DNA from: an uncultured archaeon
Lineage (GTDB): Archaea; Iainarchaeota; Iainarchaeia; Iainarchaeales; CSSED10-239
Direction: 5' to 3'
Length of the DNA: 9,773 nucleotides
NCBI GenBank assembly: GCA_964586355.1
Contig: CAZPGO010000014.1
Location: 1-9,773 of the forward strand
Made by a program: the position numbers and the translations under genes. Below, one piece after another: positions 1 to 5,700 of the stretch (its first letter is position 1; each line of letters starts with the position of its first letter). The notes under the pieces are model-generated. The model did no database searches. It saw nothing but the letters and a program-made list of their open reading frames with translations, and was not told where the DNA came from.

Positions 1-145
1 ACAGATTTTGATCTAAAATTAATAAATTTCATAAGAATCAATTCCAATATAAATTAAAGAAGTAATAAGATAAAAAGATTTAAATAGTTAACTAAAAAAC
101 AAATTTTAATTAACAAAAAAATAGATTATAATAAAACTCAGCTTA

Positions 146-1465
146 TTACTTAACAAATTTATCAACAAACATTGCAGCAGTAAGATCTCCAGTAACATTA
201 ACTGCTGTTCTAAACATATCTACTATTCTATCAACACCTAATATCAGAGCAATACCTGTTAATGGGACACCAACAGTTATAAGAGCCATAGATAATATTA
301 CTAAACCAACTCCTGGGGTTCCTGGAGTTCCAATAGAAGCACCAACAATTGTTATTATTAAAAAAATTAATGCAAAAATACTTATTTCAATACTAAAAAC
401 CTGTGCTAAAAATATGGTTGCAATTGCTTGATAAAGGGCTGTACCATCCATATTAATTGTTGCGCCAATTGGAATAATAAATTTTGCTATTGAGAGTCTA
501 ACTTTTAATTTTTCTTCAGCAGTCTTTATAGATAATGGCATAACAACAGCTGAACTTGATGTGGAAAATGCCAATAGCTGTACATCTCTTATTTTCTTTA
601 AAAAATCTAAAGGTTTCTTTTTTAAAATTAAAGAAATTATTAGCATATAAAATAAAATTAATAAAAACAAACCAAACAAAACACACAAAACATAAACACC
701 AAGTCCTTTGAGGGTACTTATTCCAAACTGACTAGTAACTTTAGTCATTAGACCAAACACAGCAATTGGTGCTAAGACCATTGCATATTTTACAATCATT
801 ATACAAACATCTTGTAATGAACTTAAAACATCTATTAATGGCTTGGATTGTTTTTTTTTAAGATTTATTAAGGCAATACCAAAGATTATAGTAAAAATAA
901 TAATAGGAAGCATTTCTCCACTAATAACAGAGTTTAAAACATTTGTTGGAAATAGACCAGTTATTAATGAGGGTATTTTTTCTAATGTTGGCAACTCTTG
1001 AACATTGGTAGATATTTCCTCACTAGACAATTGTAAAACTGTTTGAGAGTCTACAAACTGGCCAGGATTAAATGTGTTTACTACTAATAGCCCTATTACT
1101 ATTGAGGCTATAGTAGTTATTATAAAATAGATTACGATTGTAATACCTGTTTTTTTTAATTGATTAATATTGCCACAAGAGACCATTCCTTTTATTATGG
1201 AGGCAAAGATTAGTGGTATTACTATCATTTGTATTAGGCTTAAAAAAACATACCCAGGTAGTGCAATCCATTCGGTAATAACAGACGAAGTGTCTGAAGG
1301 AAAAACGCCTATTGTTGGACCTAATAAAAACCCAAAAAACACTCCTAAAAATAAAGCAATTAAAACTTTTAACCAAAGTTTTTTTTTTATTAATGATCCA
1401 AGTTCTTCTGCTTTTTTTTTTAAAGTATTATTTTTAATAAAATTTTTTTTTTTTTTAATAACCAT
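146..1465 (-). CDS. Dicarboxylate/amino acid:cation symporter (DAACS, GltPh/SLC1 family), probably an aspartate/glutamate transporter
   Basis: 439-aa ORF with an ATG start and a multi-TM profile. It carries the family motifs STSSSAVVMP (HP1 serine motif), NMDGTALYQ (TM7 NMDGT) and GTPGTPGVG (HP2). The TM8 motif VDRIVDMFRTAVNVTGD has the same spacing as GltPh D390/D394/R397/T398/N401/D405. About 20 aa of Lys-rich N-terminal extension precede the first TM, so the true start could lie further downstream. Confidence 0.93.
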   Translation of the reverse strand: MVIKKKKNFIKNNTLKKKAEELGSLIKKKLWLKVLIALFLGVFFGFLLGPTIGVFPSDTSSVITEWIALPGYVFLSLIQMIVIPLIFASIIKGMVSCGNINQLKKTGITIVIYFIITTIASIVIGLLVVNTFNPGQFVDSQTVLQLSSEEISTNVQELPTLEKIPSLITGLFPTNVLNSVISGEMLPIIIFTIIFGIALINLKKKQSKPLIDVLSSLQDVCIMIVKYAMVLAPIAVFGLMTKVTSQFGISTLKGLGVYVLCVLFGLFLLILFYMLIISLILKKKPLDFLKKIRDVQLLAFSTSSSAVVMPLSIKTAEEKLKVRLSIAKFIIPIGATINMDGTALYQAIATIFLAQVFSIEISIFALIFLIITIVGASIGTPGTPGVGLVILSMALITVGVPLTGIALILGVDRIVDMFRTAVNVTGDLTAAMFVDKFVK

Positions 1466-1536
1466 ATAAGATCTTTTTTAGATGCTTTAATAAAAAGTAG
1501 TTGTAAAAGTTTTAAATGGTTTTTTATTTTATTTTT

Positions 1537-1554
1537 AAAAAAAACATTAAAAAA
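1537..1554 (-). terminator. Oligo-T tracts (T6 then T8 on the minus strand) immediately 3' of the tRNA; candidate archaeal terminator
   Basis: On the plus strand, A6 at 1549-1554 and A8 at 1537-1544 begin 3 nt after the tRNA discriminator base. T-runs are common in this AT-rich DNA, so specificity is low. Confidence 0.3.
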
Positions 1555-1557
1555 GGA

Positions 1558-1630
1558 TGCCTCGAGAGAGATTTGAACTCTCGATCCCCAGATTATGAGT
1601 CTGGTGTTATAACCGCTAAACCACCGAGGC
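1558..1630 (-). tRNA. tRNA with anticodon CAU: elongator tRNA-Met or, if C34 is modified, tRNA-Ile2
   Basis: The reverse complement is GCCTCGG TG GTTT AGCGGTTA TAAC A CCAGA CTCATAA TCTGG GGATC GAGAG TTCAAAT CTCTC TCGAGGC A. This folds into a 73-nt cloverleaf with a 7-bp acceptor stem (one G-U), a TTCAAAT T-loop and anticodon loop CT-CAT-AA. There is no intron and no encoded CCA. G1:C72 and the absence of three G-C pairs in the anticodon stem argue against an initiator tRNA. Confidence 0.9.
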
Positions 1631-1764
1631 AAATATCAAAGATCTATAAAAGAAAATTGATTCTATAATAATTAAGCATAAAAATATATATAAATGATTT
1701 GATTTTTTTAAAGATAGATCTTTAGACTTTTTATAAAAAAAACCTTAGCTTATTACATTTTAAA

Positions 1765-2442
1765 TTATATTCTTGATTTAATAGAAATCTTTTGACTTTT
1801 AGAATCATTTTTGTCAACAATAAAAATAACATCAGCAGATCCTAAAAAAACACCTGTCTCTAAAACACCTGGTATATTTTTTACAGAGTACTCAAAGTCT
1901 TCTAAAGTTATATTTTTATCTAATGTTATTCTTGCAAGATAATGACCTGTTTCTGTCTTTATAATGTTACCGTCAATATCTAAAACAACTCTTGCAAGAC
2001 CATAGCTTTGTAGATTTAAAACGGTTCTTTCCCAAGCAAAACTACTAATCTCCACAGAAATATCTTTTGAGATTTTGTCTACAACATCTGCTTTATCACA
2101 AATAGTTATTAGACTCAAAGCTGATTGAGAGATCATTTTATCTCTTATAAAAGATCTAGTTTCTTTTTTTATAAAATTATAATCAAAGTCTACTTGATCT
2201 ACAAACTCAATACCAACATCAATTTCTCTATCATTTAAAGAAACAACCTTTTGCCCAAGATTTGCTAACTGAGCTGCTTGCCGTGAGGTTGTTGCAACAA
2301 AAAAAACCTCTTTTTTTTTAAATAAAAAATATTTGACTAGTTCATCAACAAATTCTGTATCATATCTACTAGTACCAACAGCTATGATATTTCCATTACT
2401 TATATATTCATCAAATTCTTTTATTATTGCTTGTATATTCAT
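1765..2442 (-). CDS. rpiA: Ribose-5-phosphate isomerase A-like protein (divergent)
   Basis: 225-aa ORF with an ATG start. By eye it is collinear with archaeal RpiA. IIAVGTSRYD sits where GLGTGST is expected, VDQVD where DGAD(E) is expected, and IKKETRSFIRDK where KGGGG...(Q)EK is expected. The C-terminal IPGVLETGVF matches the diagnostic GVVE(T/N)G(L/I)F motif. Confidence 0.65.
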   Translation of the reverse strand: MNIQAIIKEFDEYISNGNIIAVGTSRYDTEFVDELVKYFLFKKKEVFFVATTSRQAAQLANLGQKVVSLNDREIDVGIEFVDQVDFDYNFIKKETRSFIRDKMISQSALSLITICDKADVVDKISKDISVEISSFAWERTVLNLQSYGLARVVLDIDGNIIKTETGHYLARITLDKNITLEDFEYSVKNIPGVLETGVFLGSADVIFIVDKNDSKSQKISIKSRI

Positions 2443-2463
2443 AATTTATCTTATTTAATATAA

Positions 2464-2471
2464 TTTATAAA
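2464..2471. promoter_or_regulatory. Palindromic TATA-like box TTTATAAA, candidate bidirectional promoter element
   Basis: TTTATAAA is its own reverse complement. Its centre lies about 26 nt from the proposed sRNA 5' end (2494, + strand) and about 26 nt from the A of the rpiA-like ATG (2442, - strand), consistent with a leaderless mRNA. TATA-like strings are frequent in this composition. Confidence 0.3.
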
Positions 2472-2493
2472 CATTACCTATTATTATATATTT

Positions 2494-2559
2494 TACACAA
2501 TGATGATAATTGAACACCTGCTGAATAAAATATGATGATAGATGGGCGGGCTGAGTGTA
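2494..2559 (+). ncRNA. Archaeal box C/D sRNA (2'-O-methylation guide) with two guide regions
   Basis: Layout: uacac-a-AUGAUGA (C, 2500-2506), a 14-nt spacer (2507-2520), CUGA (D', 2521-2524), 7 nt, AUGAUGA (C', 2532-2538), a 12-nt spacer (2539-2550), CUGA (D, 2551-2554), then gugua. A 5-bp terminal stem pairs 2494-2498 with 2555-2559. All four boxes match consensus perfectly. The element sits in an ORF-free gap, has a TATA-like box about 26 nt upstream and a T7 run 4 nt downstream. The D' spacer is complementary to the 23S gene in this window. Confidence 0.8.
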
Positions 2560-2754
2560 TTATTTTTTTAATTTTTCAAATTCTAATTTTGTTAATCTTT
2601 TATTTAACAAATCTAACTTAGAATCCATAACTTTACTACTTACTGATTCTCCAATTGGCAATTTTCTAATTCTTTGTTTTTCTAAAGTTATTAAAAATAT
2701 ATTACCTAATAAAAAAACAAAAATTAAAATTAATAATATTAATAATAACACCAT
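2560..2754 (-). CDS. Small membrane-anchored protein (N-terminal TM helix plus charged coiled-coil-like tail), hypothetical
   Basis: 64-aa ORF with an ATG start 4 nt after the stop of the upstream ORF (2761). A GTGA Shine-Dalgarno-like element lies 6-9 nt upstream. The sequence is a hydrophobic MVLLLILLILIFVFLLGNIFLI segment followed by a K/E/L-rich tail. It is short, so the coding status is not certain. Confidence 0.55.
   Translation of the reverse strand: MVLLLILLILIFVFLLGNIFLITLEKQRIRKLPIGESVSSKVMDSKLDLLNKRLTKLEFEKLKK
2563..2569 (+). terminator. T7 run directly after the C/D sRNA; candidate terminator
   Basis: TTTTTTT starts 4 nt after the sRNA terminal stem. It lies inside the last codons of the convergent minus-strand ORF 2560-2754. 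Confidence 0.3.
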
Positions 2755-2760
2755 ATTAAA

Positions 2761-3510
2761 TCACACTAAAAAGAAATGATCTTTTCTTTTTTCTAATATT
2801 ATTGCTTCTTCTTTTAAAATTTCTAAAACTGTTTTTAGAAGTTCTTTATCTTTATTTATTTTAAAACTAATTTCATCTAAAGTAAATGAAATAGTTTGCT
2901 GAGACATAATCTTATCTTTAATATCATTAAACAAATTCAAGTCTACAACATATGTGTTTCCATCAAAAGATTTAATACCTTTTATCTTACCAGAACTAAC
3001 CTTTTCTTCAAACTCTTGCTTAAAGTCTTGTAAATCTTTGTTGTTTTTTAAAATTGCAAAATTGTTTTTATTAAAATTATCCACAACTTCTGAATTTATT
3101 GTTGTTTGTTTAAATTTATTGTTTATTGTATAAAAACTGTTCTTATACTTATCAGATAGCTTACATAAAACAATCTCTTTATTTTTTACCATTTCAGTAA
3201 ACACTAAAAGATCTTCTTTGCTTAATAGTTTTTCAAAAGAGCCTTGTAATTTTTCTTTTACTGAAAGATTTTTATTATTTAAAAATTTTAGTATTTTTTC
3301 TTTAGATCCTAAATTCTCATTTTTAGTCTGCTCTTTTTCTTTTGGTAAATCTCTTTTTTCTTTAGAGTCGTTATCCTCAATCACTAGGGCAACAACATTC
3401 TCAGCAATAGGAACTACTTTTAAAGATTTAAAAATATACTTATCAATAAGCAGATCTTCATTTTTTTCTAGATTTAAAAAATAAACATTGTTTTTTTTTA
3501 CAATTTTCAT
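2761..3510 (-). CDS. Hypothetical protein with winged-helix-like segments
   Basis: 249-aa ORF with an ATG start and an AAGGT element about 10 nt upstream, starting 11 nt after the PIN gene stop. The C-terminal FTLDEISFKINKDKELLKTVLEILKEEAIILEKRKDHFFLV and the central ILKFLNNKNLSVKEKLQGSFEKLLSKEDLLVFTEMVKNKEIVL look like wHTH units. I recognise no catalytic motif. Confidence 0.75.
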   Translation of the reverse strand: MKIVKKNNVYFLNLEKNEDLLIDKYIFKSLKVVPIAENVVALVIEDNDSKEKRDLPKEKEQTKNENLGSKEKILKFLNNKNLSVKEKLQGSFEKLLSKEDLLVFTEMVKNKEIVLCKLSDKYKNSFYTINNKFKQTTINSEVVDNFNKNNFAILKNNKDLQDFKQEFEEKVSSGKIKGIKSFDGNTYVVDLNLFNDIKDKIMSQQTISFTLDEISFKINKDKELLKTVLEILKEEAIILEKRKDHFFLV

Positions 3511-3521
3511 ATAGAGTAACC

Positions 3522-4190
3522 TTACACTCTTTTTATATATTCATCAATCTCTTCAAAAGAGACTGCACAACCATTAAATTTTAGGGCATAAAGTGCTGAT
3601 TTAAGATATTCTTTTTTTAACATATATGCTGGTATTGTTTTTGATTCATAAGCATGAGAAAATAGATCAACAGATCTAATGACACTAACATTTCCGATCT
3701 CTTCTTTAAATTTATCATATTTCTCTGCATTAAAAATAATTTTTTTATTTCTATATTTTCTTTTTAAAACCTCTAGCAACCCTTCAGGAGACTCTACTAA
3801 CATTCTTGTTGTTCTCTCGTCAATTGCTAAACAATCGGCATTAGTTAAACCTAATAAAGCTAAACATTCTGCTTCTCCAAAATCAACAAGATGTAAAGGA
3901 TTATTATTTATTGAAAAAATACTGTTTGATATATTTAATATTCTATTTGTTTTTTCATTAAGCTCTTTTGATCCACCAACAACAGTAAAAACAAATTCGT
4001 CTATGTATTCTTCTATTCTAAGTGAACTTAGTTTAAATTTCATATTGTTTCTTACTCTATCCACACATTCATATTTTACTCCAGTAGTGATGATTAATTC
4101 ACCTATACTTTTTTTTATCTCTGGCATTAATGGTAAAAAACAGGTTTGTGAAAACCCAATTAATATTCCTGAATCTAATACAATTTTCAT
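3522..4190 (-). CDS. PIN-domain protein (COG2405/DUF3368-like signature) with an insertion and a C-terminal extension
   Basis: 222-aa ORF with an ATG start preceded by AAAGGAATAAATA. The N-terminal strand MKIVLDSGILIGF contains the first PIN Asp. It is followed by ELIITTGVKYECV, then DFGEAECLALLGLTNADCLAIDERTTR, which is the GEAE...(D/E)(D/E)..R pattern of this PIN subgroup. The family assignment is by eye only. Confidence 0.6.
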   Translation of the reverse strand: MKIVLDSGILIGFSQTCFLPLMPEIKKSIGELIITTGVKYECVDRVRNNMKFKLSSLRIEEYIDEFVFTVVGGSKELNEKTNRILNISNSIFSINNNPLHLVDFGEAECLALLGLTNADCLAIDERTTRMLVESPEGLLEVLKRKYRNKKIIFNAEKYDKFKEEIGNVSVIRSVDLFSHAYESKTIPAYMLKKEYLKSALYALKFNGCAVSFEEIDEYIKRV

Positions 4191-4203
4191 TATTTATTCC
4201 TTT

Positions 4204-5019
4204 TTATTCTTTTTTTAAAGCTGTGTGTAAATAATTTACTCTTTCTTTAATACTTTTTATTTTTTTATCTTCATCAGATATTTTTGTGGTTCCAACCATT
4301 TCCATAACATTCTCTTTTTGCGCTGATAAAAGATTTGTAGCTTGTGATAAAGACATTCCATAAGCATAAGCACTTGAGGCTAATTTTGTTCTTGCGTTAT
4401 CTACTAGATTATGAATGAAATGGCCTAATGTTCTATCTGTGTTTTGAATATTATTTTGAACTTTTTGTATTGCTTTTCTATACTCACCCATCTTTTTTTC
4501 TCTAAAACAACTACTTGCATAAACTAGATCATTTGTAACAGTACTAGAAAAAGAGTTCCATTTAGGATTATATAATATATGTTTTTTGGACATTAGTTTT
4601 CTAAATGAATAAGTAATAATTGTTAGCTCAATTAGATCTTTATTGTTCTTCATTACTGCTTCTTCTAAAAGCTTTTCATCAAGTCTATGAAGCTTGTCCA
4701 AATTTCTTTTATTAAATTCATTTATTATTTCTGTAATAATATCTGAATAGTCTTCTAAATTTAGATTTAAATTAGTGGCATTATTATTTTTGTTAAAACT
4801 ATTGTTTTGAGTATTGCGAAAACTGTTATTTTGAGTGTTACGAAAACTGTTGTTTTGAGTATTATTTCTATTAAATCTATTTCTATTAGGATTATTTGAT
4901 GTTGATTTATTAGATCTTATAGCTTTGACAATACCAGAATTTTCTAAAAAAGAATTGGGTCCTGATTTGTCTTTTTTTGCATTAACATAGTTTTTTCCTG
5001 ATCTATTATTATTACTCAT
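4204..5019 (-). CDS. Hypothetical protein: basic N/Q-rich low-complexity N-terminus with 3 x NTQNNSFR repeats, and a helical C-terminal domain ending in an HTH-like segment
   Basis: The tracked ORF runs to 5049, but that start is TTG. The ATG at 5019 is preceded by AAAGGAATAAAAAA, the same RBS-like motif found in front of the PIN gene, so I prefer it (271 aa). The stop lies 13 nt upstream of the PIN gene start. The C-terminal ARTKLASSAYAYGMSLSQATNLLS fits the Y..G.SL..A..L pattern of UPF0175-type HTH proteins. That similarity is weak. Confidence 0.7.
   Translation of the reverse strand: MSNNNRSGKNYVNAKKDKSGPNSFLENSGIVKAIRSNKSTSNNPNRNRFNRNNTQNNSFRNTQNNSFRNTQNNSFNKNNNATNLNLNLEDYSDIITEIINEFNKRNLDKLHRLDEKLLEEAVMKNNKDLIELTIITYSFRKLMSKKHILYNPKWNSFSSTVTNDLVYASSCFREKKMGEYRKAIQKVQNNIQNTDRTLGHFIHNLVDNARTKLASSAYAYGMSLSQATNLLSAQKENVMEMVGTTKISDEDKKIKSIKERVNYLHTALKKE
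4795..4866 (-). repeat. Three tandem 24-bp in-frame repeats encoding NTQNNSFR
   Basis: On the plus strand the units are aaaactattgttttgagtattgcg, aaaactgttattttgagtgttacg and aaaactgttgttttgagtattatt, at 4795-4818, 4819-4842 and 4843-4866. They differ by a few substitutions. Confidence 0.9.
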
Positions 5020-5180
5020 TTTTTTATTCCTTTTTTTGTTCTTATACAAAAATATTTATTTAATAGTATTTAAAATACTAACTATCTATTCTATTAATAT
5101 TATAAAACCAAATATATATATATTTGTTTATTATATATTTATATAACTTAAACTTAATAAAAAGAGATGTGAAATAAAAT

Positions 5181-5684
5181 ATGGGACTGTATGATGAAAA
5201 ACTTCAAGGGCTAGGTTTTAAAAAAAATAAAAAACTTATATTAATTGGTGTAAGTGCTTTACTAGTATTAATACTAATAATATATTTAATATCAGCAATA
5301 AGCTGGTCAGATTTATTTAAAGGGAGTAATATATCTGCAAAGTTTTCTAATAACCCTTATAATTTAAGCAAACATAATGATCTACAATTAAAAGTAACTA
5401 TAAAAAACGATAGTGAAATTGATGCTGAAAATGCTGTTATTACTATTTATCCAATAGAAGAAGAGACTTTCTTTTTAAATTGTAAAAATTATAGTGTAGA
5501 ACAAAATAGAGTAGTTATTCCTATACTTTCTAAGAATAGTACCAGAATAATTGAATGTGATGTTTTAATTGCTCCAAACTTATCTAACATAGAGGTATTA
5601 GAAGGATCATATAGTTTTGATATTGTTTATAATTTAAATAATATAGAACATAAAAAAAGAACATCATTAAGTGTTAAAAAATAA
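5181..5684 (+). CDS. Single-pass membrane/surface protein with a beta-rich ectodomain (CARDB-like impression)
   Basis: 167-aa ORF with an ATG start preceded by GAGATGTGA. It has an N-terminal TM segment LILIGVSALLVLILIIYLISAI followed by a beta-strand-like segment LKVTIKNDSEIDAENAVITIY. The ectodomain contains six N-X-S/T sequons. Confidence 0.75.
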   Translation: MGLYDEKLQGLGFKKNKKLILIGVSALLVLILIIYLISAISWSDLFKGSNISAKFSNNPYNLSKHNDLQLKVTIKNDSEIDAENAVITIYPIEEETFFLNCKNYSVEQNRVVIPILSKNSTRIIECDVLIAPNLSNIEVLEGSYSFDIVYNLNNIEHKKRTSLSVKK

Positions 5685-5700
5685 AATAGGAAAAGATAAG

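Noticed and set aside
1-145. AT-rich leading segment searched for RNA genes, repeats or a partial ORF
   Set aside because: There is no box motif, no tRNA-like fold and no repeat. It probably holds only the 3' flank or terminator of the transporter gene.
1164-1469. ORFs 1164-1376 (-) and 1170-1469 (+) from the six-frame track
   Set aside because: Both lie wholly inside the strongly supported transporter gene, in other frames or on the other strand. Their composition is low-complexity and they carry no motifs.
1420-1632. 70-aa ORF on the minus strand
   Set aside because: It overlaps the tRNA gene (1558-1630) and the transporter start, and reads through structural RNA. It is an artefact.
1638-1723. 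10-nt inverted repeat aaagatctat / atagatcttt between the tRNA and the rpiA-like stop
   Set aside because: Each arm is built around the self-palindromic AGATCT plus A/T flanks, and the arms are 66 nt apart. That is too short and too low-complexity to call a structured element.
2555-2779. 74-aa plus-strand ORF
   Set aside because: It starts inside the box C/D sRNA and lies antisense to the better-placed minus-strand ORF 2560-2754, which is tightly coupled to its upstream gene. It is an N/K/I-rich shadow frame.
3522-4190. The idea that the 222-aa PIN protein is a HARP-type minimal protein-only RNase P (PIN_5/UPF0278)
   Set aside because: The size is similar, but the layout differs from my recollection of HARPs. 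There is no long helical insertion before the D...D..DE cluster, and about 105 aa follow the DE motif. The GEAE...DE..R pattern fits the COG2405-type PIN better. A profile search is needed before excluding it fully.
3218-4218. Plus-strand ORFs 3218-3484 and 3679-4218
   Set aside because: They are antisense shadows of the minus-strand genes 2761-3510 and 3522-4190. They are S/F/L-rich, which is typical of reverse frames in AT-rich coding DNA.
5020-5049. Longer N-terminus for the first cluster gene (TTG at 5049) and a GTG start at 5671 for the membrane protein
   Set aside because: Downstream ATG codons (5019 and 5701) each have an AGGA-containing RBS-like motif at the same spacing used by neighbouring genes. 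The longer versions remain possible.
5199-5205. ATGATGA (C-box-like) near the start of CDS 5181-5684, and TGATGA at 5784-5789
   Set aside because: No CTGA box at guide distance, no C'/D' pair and no terminal stem; both sit inside coding sequence.
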